Below are positions 9,098 to 18,874 of a DNA stretch of 64,000 bases, one piece after another. The notes below the pieces were generated by a model, which searched no databases, was not told the DNA's origin, and worked only from the letters and a program-made list of their open reading frames with translations. The stretch is from Candidatus Latescibacterota bacterium. Lineage in GTDB: Bacteria > Latescibacterota > UBA2968 > GCA-2709665. The position numbers were made by a program, and so were the translations under genes. Position 1 is the stretch's first letter. Each line of letters opens with the position of its first letter. The stretch is taken from assembly GCA_965248435.1 (NCBI GenBank), contig OZ252100.1:3776001-3840000 (forward strand), written 5' to 3'.

Positions 9098-10419
9098 GGT
9101 TCTTCGTCAAATGTTGGGGTAGAAAATAGACGAGACAACGGCATCCGACCTATCTTCAGAGTATCCTCTATAAACCTGAAGGTAGAAAGGAGAGCGCGTT
9201 GTCTCAGGTGCAAAGTATATCCTTACTGGGTAGGTGGCAAGGGTTTGTGGTAGTTGGCATTCAACGTCAGGAAGCAGACGTTGTTGGAGTCGAGTTACGT
9301 CCCAAGACAGGCCGCCTTCCTCGGTGTGGTGGTTGCGGGAAGAAGGCGTACCGGGTTCATGATTGGGCAGTGCGATTTGCTCAGGATTTGCCGATCTGGG
9401 GGTCTCGAACCAGGCTGATCGTGCACTCCCGGCGCGTCCTATGTCCCCGATGTGGCTGCCGGACGGAGCAGATTGACTGGCTGGATCGGTATTCACGGGT
9501 CACTCAACGCCTGGCTGAAAGTGTTGTTCGATTGTGCGAAGTCCTGCCCATCCAGCACGTGGCACAGCACTATGGGATGAGCTGGAATACCGTGAAGCGC
9601 ATTCACAAGACCCATCTCCAGCAAGAGCTGGAACCGCCGGATTTTGCCAGGGTCACGGTGATCGGCATGGACGAATTTGCGATCCAAAAGGGCCATCGCT
9701 ACGCCACAGTGATTGTTGACATGGAGACCAAGCGTGTCCTATGGGTGGGTCGCGGCCGAAGTCGAGAGGACATCCGCCCGTTTTTCCACCTCCTTGGAGA
9801 AGAAGGCTGCAAGCAACTTGAGGCCGTGGCGATGGACATGAACGGTGCCTACGAAGAGGAGGTGCGATCCCATTGCCCGGATGTGGACATCATCTATGAC
9901 CTGTATCACGTTAAAGCCAAGTACAACCGCGACGTCGTCGAGCGAGTACGCATCGACGAACTGGGTCGGGTGCGCGGTGGCCGACCCGATCGCAAAGTGA
10001 CTCAGAACCAACGGTGGTTGCTCCTGCGCAGCAAAGCAAATGTCACGAGCAAAGAAGACAGAGTGTCGCTAAGAGAATTGCTTTCTGCAAACAAACGCCT
10101 CTACACGGTATATCTCCTCAAAGAGGATCTCAATCATCTCTGGTCTTATCGATCCAGAGCTGCGGCCAACAGATTCTGGAATCAGTGGTATCGACGCGCC
10201 ATCTACAGCAAGATCGAGCCACTCAAGAAATTCGCACGCAATCTGAAGACGTATATGCCAGGAATCCTAGCTCACTGTGACTATCCCATCGGGACAAGCC
10301 TGATTGAGGGAATTAACAACAAAATCAAGGTCATCAAGCGGATGGCATATGGCTTCAGGGATGATAATTATTTCTTTCTTAGAATCCGCCACGCCTTCCC
10401 CGGAAATCGGTGATGAACC
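9098..10419 (+). mobile_element. ISL3-family insertion sequence, copy 1 (1322 bp)
   Basis: IRL ggttcttcgtcaaatgttgggg, IRR ccccggaaatcggtgatgaacc; 8-bp TSD tttacaaa at 9090-9097 and 10420-10427. Confidence 0.95.
9199..10413 (+). CDS. ISL3 family transposase
   Basis: CxxC...CPRC zinc finger, GMDEF, AMDM, IEGINNKIKVIKRMAYGFRD; TTG start with AAGGAG RBS. Confidence 0.95.
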   Translation: MSQVQSISLLGRWQGFVVVGIQRQEADVVGVELRPKTGRLPRCGGCGKKAYRVHDWAVRFAQDLPIWGSRTRLIVHSRRVLCPRCGCRTEQIDWLDRYSRVTQRLAESVVRLCEVLPIQHVAQHYGMSWNTVKRIHKTHLQQELEPPDFARVTVIGMDEFAIQKGHRYATVIVDMETKRVLWVGRGRSREDIRPFFHLLGEEGCKQLEAVAMDMNGAYEEEVRSHCPDVDIIYDLYHVKAKYNRDVVERVRIDELGRVRGGRPDRKVTQNQRWLLLRSKANVTSKEDRVSLRELLSANKRLYTVYLLKEDLNHLWSYRSRAAANRFWNQWYRRAIYSKIEPLKKFARNLKTYMPGILAHCDYPIGTSLIEGINNKIKVIKRMAYGFRDDNYFFLRIRHAFPGNR

Positions 10420-10480
10420 TTTACAAAGGCTCTTCACCAAATTCCGGGGAGGGTGGGGGATTTCGAGGCAAATACAGACC

Positions 10481-11533
10481 CTGAGTTCAATAAGGAAGTG
10501 CAACACTTAGGGTAGCAACTGTCCTATCCTAAGTGTATGGGAAACAATTACAAGCATCTTACGATAGACGAACGCGAGCAGATTGCGCTTTGTCGAGCCA
10601 CTGGTGCAAGCCTTAGAGATATTGCCAAGGCCCTTGACCGGAGCGCCAGCACGATTTCAAGAGAGTTGAAACGTAATCCGTCCCCGATAGCTGAGAGTTA
10701 CTCGGGCCTCCAGGCTCACAGAAGGGCTGAGAAACGTAAGCGGGAGGCCGGCAAGCGGAAACGGCTGAAGAATCCGGTTATCCGGCGATATGTCGAGACC
10801 AAACTCAAGCAAGGATGGTCTCCCGAGTTGATCGCTGGGAGGCTTCCCGAGGAGCGTCCGAGCGCGGGTATCAGCCACGAAGCCATCTACCAGTATATCT
10901 ACGATCCAAAGGTGCACAAGCAGCGGGATCTGGTTGCTTGCTTATCCCGAGCTCACAAAAAACGAAAGCCGCGGTGGCATACCCGAAAACACCGGGAAAG
11001 CCACATTCCAGGCCGTATTTCGATCGATCGACGTCCCCGTTACATCGAAAAACGGAAACAACCTGGCCACTGGGAATCCGACACCATCATCTCTCGTGAG
11101 AGCAAACAGGCCGTTGGCGCTTGTCTTGAGCGATCGTCGAGATACCTACACCTGGCTAAGCTGGCAAAGAACGGACCCTCGGAGGTCGCCGAAGCGATTA
11201 ATCGACGCCTTGGGCGACATCCTCCCCACATGAGGAAGAGCATCACATATGACAACGGATCCGAAAACGGCCAACATCAACGGGTCAACGAGGTGCTTGG
11301 CACCAAATCCTATTTCTGCAAACCGTTCCACAGCTGGGAGCGAGGCGCTGTGGAAAACGCTATCGGTCTGGTCCGCAGATACCTCCCCAAGAAGACAGAC
11401 TTCTCAAAGGTCAGCAAACACGAGTTAAAGAAAATTCAGAACCGGATCAACAACCGACCAAGAAAATGTCTTAACTTCAAAACACCAGCTGAAGTCTTCA
11501 AGTCCAAGTGTTGCACTTAGTCATTGAATCCAG
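10481..11533 (+). mobile_element. IS30-family insertion sequence
   Basis: IRs ctgagttcaataaggaagtgcaacac / gtgttgcacttagtcattgaatccag; no clear TSD seen. Confidence 0.9.
10537..11520 (+). CDS. IS30 family transposase
   Basis: YKHLT..ER HTH, WSPELIAG, ISHEAIY, GHWESDT, SITYDNGSE, PFHSWERGAVEN, NNRPRKCL. Confidence 0.95.
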   Translation: MGNNYKHLTIDEREQIALCRATGASLRDIAKALDRSASTISRELKRNPSPIAESYSGLQAHRRAEKRKREAGKRKRLKNPVIRRYVETKLKQGWSPELIAGRLPEERPSAGISHEAIYQYIYDPKVHKQRDLVACLSRAHKKRKPRWHTRKHRESHIPGRISIDRRPRYIEKRKQPGHWESDTIISRESKQAVGACLERSSRYLHLAKLAKNGPSEVAEAINRRLGRHPPHMRKSITYDNGSENGQHQRVNEVLGTKSYFCKPFHSWERGAVENAIGLVRRYLPKKTDFSKVSKHELKKIQNRINNRPRKCLNFKTPAEVFKSKCCT

Positions 11534-11920
11534 CGACATGATTCTTGGTCACCAAGCGTTCGCCTCCACCCCACCCAACATCCATGCCTCCGGCGGCCTA
11601 CTTTTCTTGTCTCGCCACAAGAAAAGTAGGCAAAAGAAAGGCTCCGCTCAGGCGCCGCGGGGCTCGGGCCGCGGCACCTTACCCTCAGTGGAAAAAACGA
11701 TCACGGCAGGAAGGCCAAATCCTCACCACGTGCTCACGATCACTGAGGAACCAATCCGCTGGGAGGAGAAATCCACTCCTTGCAAGGTAAGTCGCACACC
11801 GCGGCCCTGACGGACTTGAGTGATACAGTTCGCAAGTTCCAAGACCCTTCACAAATCGGCCAGTTCTACAATTAGAGCACATTACCTTAGCCCCCAACAT
11901 TTGACGAAGAACCTTTACAA

Positions 11921-12070
11921 AGGGGGGAGAAGCACTCTTCTGGAATAGTCATCCACTAACGCAACCTTCCCCCTTTGGAAAAGCATGTCCCGCCTGCACC
12001 GAGTATGCCCGGAGGGCCGTATCGAGGTGAGCGAGCCTGTGAGTCGAGGGAGGGATTAAGGGGGATTTCA
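11921..12070 (+). repeat. Right arm of CCCCCCTTT..AAAGGGGGG hairpin element plus nested composite repeat
   Basis: 11960-12072 nearly identical to 13779-13892; completes aaatcccccctgccccccttt at about 9072-9092. Confidence 0.8.
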
Positions 12071-12140
12071 CAGCGCCAGGCCTCGAGTATGAGGGTGGGC
12101 TAGTCTGGAAATCGAAACCAAGCCAAATACAGGAGGGAGC

Positions 12141-13694
12141 ATGGCCAAGCCACCAAAATTTTTCTATCACAACGACGGGAGTTTTCTGCTCTACTGCGCG
12201 CCGCCGATGACGCCGGAGGAGTTCGTCTACGAGTCCGTCGGACGGTTCATGGGCACGCAGGTGGACGCGGTGGTCTGCCATCAGTTCGGGTTCGGCGACG
12301 CGGTTCCCCTCTGGCCGACTGAGGTGCCCGGCGCCAAGGGCATCGACATGGAGACGGTCGGTTACGTGAGCGAGTGGCGTCAGCAGGAGATCATGCTCAG
12401 GCTGTGGGCTGAGGGGATCGATCCCTGGCAGCTGGCGTTGGAGGCGACGCACGAGGCGGGGATGGAGTACTGGATCGCCAACCGGTTCAACGACCTGCAC
12501 GGCTCCCGCTACCAGTGGAAGAGTGAATGGCGGGTCAGCCATCCGGAGTACGAGCTGGGCGACAAGGCCGCTTCCCCGATGCCCCGCTCAGACAGGCAAA
12601 GTACCGGTCTGAACTTCGCGATTCCGGAGGTGCGCGCCCATCGTCTGGCCCTGGTGGAGGAGGCCTGCACGCGATACGACACGGACGGGTTCGAGTGGGA
12701 CTTCACCCGTCACCCCGGTTACCATTTCCCCGACATGGAAGAGGGCCGGCCGAAACTCACGGAATACATGCGGGAGGCGCGGGCGCTGCTGAACCGTGTC
12801 GGTGAGGCGAGGGGCCGTCCGGTGGGGTTCGGCGTTCGCGTTGCCGGTACGCCGGAGAAATGTCACGAGCTCGGCCTAGAGCTGGAGACCTGGATCAAGG
12901 AGGGGCTGGTCGACTTCGTCTCGCCCTCCTGCTACTGGGATACGGTGACCTATCTTCCGTTCGAGTCGTTCCTGGAGATGGCTAAGGGAACGGACTGCCG
13001 CATCCTGGGCTGTACCTCCGAGCAGGTGGGTCCCGGGGGCCACAGCCGTCCGCCGAAGGCGGCCCTCCGGGCCGGGGCGCTCAATGCCTGGAAGCAGGGT
13101 GTAGACGGGATCTACCTGTTCAACTTCCATCACCAGACGATCGCGAAGATGGATGACCGCGAGGTGTTGTCGCAGCTCGGAGACCCGGCCACGCTCGAGT
13201 TCAGGGACAAGCTGTATGCAGAAGCGCCCGCTCGCGGTGCCGTGAGTTCGTGGCCTTCCGCCCCCTTTTACGAGGGCAGCGACCATCAGCTGCCGCTGAC
13301 ACTGGAGGAGAATTCCGTTGAGACGATCCGTTTTCTGGTGAGTGACGACCTGGAGACAGCAGGCCGGAGAGGGATCCTGGATGCGGTGACCCTCGAATTG
13401 ATCCTCGTTAGCGTGACCTCGGAGGATGCGTTCGAGTTCAAGCTGAATGGAAAGGCCCTGCCGCAGACGGTCCCGCTGGACGTGCCCCAGAACTATACGG
13501 TGGGTCCAGGCCCCAGTGCCTTTCAGGGGAACTATGCGCTTCGATATGATGTAAGGGCAGGGGACTGGGTCAAGCAGGGATGGAATGAGGTGGAGGCGGT
13601 GCTGAGGAAACGGAATCCGAGAGTAAGGACGGAGTTGGTTCTCCACGATTTGAACCTGGAGATCAACTACCGGATTCTGCCGATGCGAGGATGA
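12141..13694 (+). CDS. GHL10-like TIM-barrel protein
   Basis: FYHNDGS, YDTDGFEWDF, GVDGIYLFNF; paralogue of 7470. Confidence 0.75.
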   Translation: MAKPPKFFYHNDGSFLLYCAPPMTPEEFVYESVGRFMGTQVDAVVCHQFGFGDAVPLWPTEVPGAKGIDMETVGYVSEWRQQEIMLRLWAEGIDPWQLALEATHEAGMEYWIANRFNDLHGSRYQWKSEWRVSHPEYELGDKAASPMPRSDRQSTGLNFAIPEVRAHRLALVEEACTRYDTDGFEWDFTRHPGYHFPDMEEGRPKLTEYMREARALLNRVGEARGRPVGFGVRVAGTPEKCHELGLELETWIKEGLVDFVSPSCYWDTVTYLPFESFLEMAKGTDCRILGCTSEQVGPGGHSRPPKAALRAGALNAWKQGVDGIYLFNFHHQTIAKMDDREVLSQLGDPATLEFRDKLYAEAPARGAVSSWPSAPFYEGSDHQLPLTLEENSVETIRFLVSDDLETAGRRGILDAVTLELILVSVTSEDAFEFKLNGKALPQTVPLDVPQNYTVGPGPSAFQGNYALRYDVRAGDWVKQGWNEVEAVLRKRNPRVRTELVLHDLNLEINYRILPMRG

Positions 13695-13698
13695 AGGG

Positions 13699-13892
13699 CC
13701 GGGTACCGGGAAAGCAAAACACGGGTACCGTAAAGCCGTCGTTCGTGGATCGTTAATCGTCGTTCGTAAAGGCAATAGGCAACCTTCTCCCTTTGAAAAA
13801 GCATGTCCCGCCTGCACCGAGTAGGCCCGGAGGGCCGTATCGAGGTGAGCGAGCCTGTGAGTCGAGGGAGGGGATTGAGGGGGATTTCACAG
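13699..13892 (+). repeat. Family A + TCGTGGA-type heptamers + nested composite repeat
   Basis: ccgggtaccgggaaagcaaaacacgggtaccg; ttcgtggatcgttaatcgtcgttcgt; gcatgtcccgcctgcaccgag...gagggagggattgagggggattt. Confidence 0.85.
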
Positions 13893-13948
13893 CAGTATGT
13901 GGGTGCGCTTGACTGGAAACCGGAACCAAGTCAGATCAGGAGGGAAGC

Positions 13949-15511
13949 ATGGCCAAGCCACCGAAATTCTTCTACCACAATGACGGGAGCTTTCCGTTCT
14001 ACTTCGCGCCACCGATGTCGCCCGAGGAATTCGTTTACGAGGCAGTGGGACGGTTCATCGGCACGCAGGTCGACGCCGTGGTCTGCCACCAGTTCGGGTT
14101 CGGCGACTCGGTTCCCCTCTGGCCGACCGAGGTGCCCGGCGCCAAGGGCATCGACACGGAGAAGGTCGGCTTTGTGAGCGAGTGGCGTCAGCAGGAGACT
14201 ATGTTCGGGTTGTGGGAAGAGGGGATCGATCCCTGGCAGCTATCCCTCGAGGCCGCGCACGCGGCCGGGATGGAATACTGGGTCGGAAACCGCTTCAACG
14301 ATCTTCACGGTGCCCGCCATCAATGGGCGAGCGAATTCCGGGTCAACCATCCCGAGTACGAGCTGGGTGACAAGGCCGCCTCCCCTATGCCCCGCTCCGA
14401 GAAAAGCAGTTCCGGTCTGAACTTCGCGATCCCGGAAGTACGGGCCCACCGTCTGGCCCTGGTGGAGGAGGCTTGCACGCGTTACGACACGGATGGGTTC
14501 GAGTGGGACTTCACCCGTCACCCCGGTTACCACTTTCCCGACATGGATGAAGGCAGGCCGATGCTCACGGAATACATGCGAGAGGCGCGGGCGCTGCTGA
14601 ACCGCATCGGTGAAGCGAGGGGCCGTCCGGTAGGGTTCGGGATCCGGGTGATCGGTACGCCGGAAAAATGTCACGAGATCGGTCTGGAGCTGGAGACCTG
14701 GATCAAGGAGGGCCTGGTGGACTTCGTTTCCCCCTCGCCCTACTGGGATACGGTGACCTATCTGCCGTTCGAGTCGTTCCTGGAGATGGCCAAGGGGACG
14801 GATTGCCGGATCCTGGGCTGCACGTCGGAGTATGTGGGGCCTGGGGGGCACGGCTGCCCGCCGAAGACGGTCCTGCGGGCCGGGGCGCTGAATGCCTGGA
14901 GGCAGGGCGTGGACGGGATATACATGTTCAACTTTCAGCGCGCGATGCACGCGAAGATGGATGACCGCGAGCTGTTGTCGCAGCTCGGAGATCCGGCCAC
15001 GCTCGAGTTCTTGGACAAGCTCTATGCGGAAACGCCTGCTCACGGTGCCGTGGAATCGTGGCCTTCTCCCCCTTTTTATGAGAGCTGCGACTATCAGTTG
15101 CCACTGGCGCTCGAGGAGAAGTCAAGCGGCCCTGGCGAGACGATCCGCTTTCTGGTGAGCGACGACCTGGAGACAGCCGCCGAGAGGGGTATCCTGGATG
15201 GGGTGACCCTCGAGCTGATCCTTGTCAGCGTGACTTCTAAGGACGCGTTCGAATTCAAACTGAATGGGAAGGTTCTGCCGCAGACGGTCTCCCTGGACGT
15301 TCCGCTCGGGTACATCGTGGGGCCTGGCTCGAATGCCAAACAGGGCAATTATGCGTTCCGATATGATGTGCGGGAGGATGGCTGGATCAAGCAGGGATGG
15401 AATGAAGTGGAAGCAGTGCTGAGGAGGCGGAATCCGAGGGTGGAGACGGAGTTCGTGCTCCACGATCTGAATCTGGAGATCAACTACCGGATTATGCCGA
15501 TGCGAACCTAG
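13949..15511 (+). CDS. GHL10-like TIM-barrel protein (close paralogue of 12141)
   Basis: Same motifs, long identical stretches with 12141..13694. Confidence 0.75.
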   Translation: MAKPPKFFYHNDGSFPFYFAPPMSPEEFVYEAVGRFIGTQVDAVVCHQFGFGDSVPLWPTEVPGAKGIDTEKVGFVSEWRQQETMFGLWEEGIDPWQLSLEAAHAAGMEYWVGNRFNDLHGARHQWASEFRVNHPEYELGDKAASPMPRSEKSSSGLNFAIPEVRAHRLALVEEACTRYDTDGFEWDFTRHPGYHFPDMDEGRPMLTEYMREARALLNRIGEARGRPVGFGIRVIGTPEKCHEIGLELETWIKEGLVDFVSPSPYWDTVTYLPFESFLEMAKGTDCRILGCTSEYVGPGGHGCPPKTVLRAGALNAWRQGVDGIYMFNFQRAMHAKMDDRELLSQLGDPATLEFLDKLYAETPAHGAVESWPSPPFYESCDYQLPLALEEKSSGPGETIRFLVSDDLETAAERGILDGVTLELILVSVTSKDAFEFKLNGKVLPQTVSLDVPLGYIVGPGSNAKQGNYAFRYDVREDGWIKQGWNEVEAVLRRRNPRVETEFVLHDLNLEINYRIMPMRT

Positions 15512-15623
15512 GCCATTCTGAGGCCTCACTTGCCGTCGATCGTGGATCGAAAAGCAAAATCTCACCGCAGAGGCGCGGAGACCGCAGAGTAAATCGTAAG
15601 GGGAAAAAGCAAAGGAGAGACAG

Positions 15624-16295
15624 ATGCTGGTGGACCTGGATCAATTCACGGTGTCGCGGTTGAGCGAGGCGGACCGCCTTCCGCCCGAGCGGACGGCGCT
15701 GATCATCGTGGACATGATCAATCGATTCTGCGACGTGGACTGGTGGGTCGAGGAGAGCACCGGGCTGAAAGCCGAAGCGCTGGAGGTTCGGCGGGCGTTC
15801 TTCGAGGAGGAGCTGGCTGAAATCATCCCGAGGATCAGGCTGGTGCTGGATGTCTTTCGCAAGGCGGGCGGGACGGTGGTGCATATGGAGATGGCGAGGC
15901 GAACGAAAGACGGGCGGGACATGGTGCCCTACATGGAGGGCCGGGATTACGATCTGGCGGGCAGCGAGCCGATGTCGGTGATCGATGAGCTGGCGCCGAT
16001 CGAGGGCGAGATGGTGATCCAGAAGCCGACGAGCTCCTCGTTTACGGGGACGGGATTGGACTTCATGCTTCGTAACGCGGGGATCGAACACGTGGTCCTC
16101 TCCGGCCAGTTCGGGGACGCCTGCGTGTTCTATACGCTGATTCAGAGCCGGGAATTCGGATATAAGAACAGCTGGGTGGAAGACGCGGTGCTCTACCAGA
16201 CACAGGGGACGAAGGACATTATGCCGTGTCTGATCGGATCGCGGTGGGCGAATCTGGTGAGGGCGGAGCAGCTTGCGGCGATACTGAAGGCGTGA
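15624..16295 (+). CDS. Isochorismatase-family cysteine hydrolase
   Basis: TALIIVDMINRF (Asp), KPTSSSF (Lys), GQFGDACV (Cys). Confidence 0.85.
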   Translation: MLVDLDQFTVSRLSEADRLPPERTALIIVDMINRFCDVDWWVEESTGLKAEALEVRRAFFEEELAEIIPRIRLVLDVFRKAGGTVVHMEMARRTKDGRDMVPYMEGRDYDLAGSEPMSVIDELAPIEGEMVIQKPTSSSFTGTGLDFMLRNAGIEHVVLSGQFGDACVFYTLIQSREFGYKNSWVEDAVLYQTQGTKDIMPCLIGSRWANLVRAEQLAAILKA

Positions 16296-16298
16296 AAC

Positions 16299-16380
16299 AG
16301 ACGGCGGACGATAGACGGCAGACCGCGAGATGATTTCGCCCTCTGGTTTTAGCGGTCTGCGGTCCGTGGTCCGTGGTCGT
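16299..16380. repeat. Inverted heptamer arrays (AGACGGC.. / ..GCGGTCT)
   Basis: agacggcggacgatagacggcagaccgc ... gcggtctgcggtccgtggtccgtggtc. Confidence 0.7.
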
Positions 16381-16444
16381 GTATGGCTTCACTAGGTCTC
16401 ACCACACCGATCCCCGGTTCACCATCAACAGAATTGATCTGAAA

Positions 16445-17400
16445 GTGAATGTAGACCTCAAGCAACTGAAAGAAGATGGGTTCATCATCCTGCGCGAGGT
16501 GATTCCGCCGGATCAACTCGAAGGGCTGCGGAAAGATTTCGAGACGCTGGTCGACGAGACCGCGGTCCGGCGAAGTGGCATCGCGACATCAATCCGACGA
16601 ACGAAGGGCCGCTTCGCGGCCTGCAGATCGACCTGCTCGAAAACGCTCCGGGCTATCTGCAGTGGAACATCCCCTTGTATGACGACGATGTGCTGTGGGT
16701 CATTCCCGGAAGCCACCGCCGGTCGAACACGGACGAGGAGAACCGCCAGCTGGACGAGGACCCCTGTGTTCCCCTCCCGAATGGCCTTCAGGTGGAGCTG
16801 GAGGCCGGCGACGGGGTGGTGTATACGAACACGATCCTCCACTGGGGCAGCAACTACAGCGCCAAGCTGCGCAGGACAGTCCATCTGGGCTACCGTTCAT
16901 TCGGCGGCCCGGTCTTTCCGTACGTCAACGGCTTTGTTCGAGATCTCGGATTCACCCGGTATCTGTCGGAATCCGGCCGCCAGCTGTATGATCGACTCGC
17001 GGCGTTTTATGTGGAGGAGTGCGATACCATCACTTCGCTTCTTCGCGCCACACTGAGCAAGGACGTGGGATCATTTGAGGATGCACTATCCACACTTCAT
17101 CCTGCTGAACCTGCGCGGATCGTCTGTCTGATCCTCCTCTCGAAACTGGTCTACGGGTTCCGGTTCGGTTCTAACGTTTCTTTGCTTCATCTGCGTAGTT
17201 GGTCTGAGCACGAGGAAATCGGGCCTCGTTTTTCACAGGACGAAATCGATACGCTCTGGCAGCGTTTCTCGACGCTGGACGGGAAGCTCAGGTCTGATGA
17301 AGAACAGTATGTTCCCGGATTTCAGTCGGGCCCGATGGAATACGTCTTCCAGGACTTACCGGAAGATTTCGACGTGGAGGAGTTCATCGCCAGCTGGTGA
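16445..17400 (+). pseudogene. Phytanoyl-CoA dioxygenase family pseudogene (internal deletion + frameshift)
   Basis: Compared with 17400..18614, about 229 nt missing at 16554/16555; N- and C-parts in different frames. Confidence 0.85.
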
Positions 17401-18614
17401 TGATGGCAATGGGGACCCAAGTATCGATGAAGGTAGACCTCCAGCAACTGAAAGAAGATGGGTTCATCATCCTGCGCGAGGTGATCCCGCCGGATCAACT
17501 CGAGGGGCTGCGGAAAGATTTCGAGACGCTGGTCGATCGGCAGCGGGAGATCTGGGCGCGGGACCGAGAACAGGGAGACCCTCCGGGCGGAGTGTGGGAG
17601 ACCGATCCGCAGCCCCGGCTGAGGGCATGGCAGAACCTGATCGACGAAACGACCGCCGGCACGATGGAGTTCTGCCTGCACGAAAACACGATGGGTGTCA
17701 ACCGTCAATTGATGCAAGCCGAGGAAGCGTCGAACACAGGCATCTTCATGATGTGTAACCCGGTGCGCGACCACGGGCCGGCGAAGTGGCATCGCGACAT
17801 CCATCCGATAGACGAAGGGCCGCTTCGCGGCCTGCAGATCGACCTGCTCGAAAACGCTCCGGGCTATCTGCAGTGGAACATCCCCCTGTATGACGACGAT
17901 GTACTTTGGGTCATTCCCGGAAGTCACCGTCGATCGAACACCGACGCGGAGAACTGCCAGCTGGACGAGGACCCCTGTGTCCCCCTCCCGAATGGCCTTC
18001 AGGTGGAGCTGGAGGCCGGCGATGGGGTGGTGTATACGAATACGATCCTCCACTGGGGCAGCAACTACAGCACCAAGCTGCGCAGAACAGTCCATCTGGG
18101 CTACCGTTCATTCGGCGGCCCGGTCTTTCCCTACGTCCCCGGCTTTGTTCGAGACCTCGGATTCACCCGATATCTGTCGGAATCCGGCCGCCAGCTGTAT
18201 GATCGACTCGCGGCGTTTTATGCGGAGGAGTGCGATACGATCACGTCGCTGCTCCGCGCGATTCTGGACAAGGATGTTGAACCCTTTCAGGATGCGCTTT
18301 CCAGGCTTCACCCTGCTGAACCGGCGCGCATCGTCTGTCTGATTCTGCTCTCGAAACTGGTCTACAAGCTTCGGTTCGGCTCTCACCCGAAGCAGAGAAA
18401 CTATCTGCGGGATTGGTCTCAGCACGAGGTTATCGAGCCTCGTTTTTCACAGGACGAAATCGATACGCTTTGGCAGCGTTTCTCGACGCTGGACGCGAAG
18501 CTCAGGTCTGATGAAGAACAGCATGTCCCGGGATTTCAGTCAGGCCCGATGGAATACGTCTACCAGGACTTACCGGCAGATTTCGACGTGGAGGAGTTCA
18601 TCGCCAGCTGGTGA
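17400..18614 (+). CDS. Phytanoyl-CoA dioxygenase (PhyH) family Fe(II)/2OG oxygenase
   Basis: EDGFIIL, WHRD, LWVIPGSH, AGDGV..ILHWG; start uncertain (17400-17427). Confidence 0.85.
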   Translation: MMAMGTQVSMKVDLQQLKEDGFIILREVIPPDQLEGLRKDFETLVDRQREIWARDREQGDPPGGVWETDPQPRLRAWQNLIDETTAGTMEFCLHENTMGVNRQLMQAEEASNTGIFMMCNPVRDHGPAKWHRDIHPIDEGPLRGLQIDLLENAPGYLQWNIPLYDDDVLWVIPGSHRRSNTDAENCQLDEDPCVPLPNGLQVELEAGDGVVYTNTILHWGSNYSTKLRRTVHLGYRSFGGPVFPYVPGFVRDLGFTRYLSESGRQLYDRLAAFYAEECDTITSLLRAILDKDVEPFQDALSRLHPAEPARIVCLILLSKLVYKLRFGSHPKQRNYLRDWSQHEVIEPRFSQDEIDTLWQRFSTLDAKLRSDEEQHVPGFQSGPMEYVYQDLPADFDVEEFIASW

Positions 18615-18667
18615 TGACGTATTTGGCTTTCGGATGGGCGTGTATCACCAAGGTCCACAACCCGATT

Positions 18668-18833
18668 TGTCATTCCGAGCGCGAGCGACGGAATCTCAAC
18701 ACGTGACGGAGCAGCTGCATCTTCAAGATATTGTTAAGTGAATACTTTCCTCCTGAGATTCCTCGTCGCCGTAATTCGCCAGGGTTTTTAAGAAAGGCAT
18801 GATTCGACTCCGTAAAGGCTCCTCGGAATGACA
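18668..18833. repeat. TGTCATTCCGAG...CTCGGAATGACA palindromic element, copy 1
   Basis: 12-bp perfect terminal IR, inner ggaatctc/gagattcc; homologue at 20934-21096. Confidence 0.85.
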
Positions 18834-18874
18834 GGTTCCTACAAGGTGTATTGTGATGTAGAACGGAGGCTGAG

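Larger units (their letters stand above)
10428..11913 (-). mobile_element. Non-autonomous ISL3-ended element (MITE, about 430 bp) interrupted by IS30
   Basis: 11892-11913 is the exact reverse complement of the ISL3 IRL; left end ggctcttcaccaaattccgggg resembles IRR; flanked by tttacaaa at 10420-10427 and 11914-11921. Confidence 0.85.

Noticed and set aside
11555-11913. Group II intron fragment (GTGCG on minus strand)
   Set aside because: No domain V/VI consensus; boundaries are ISL3 inverted repeats
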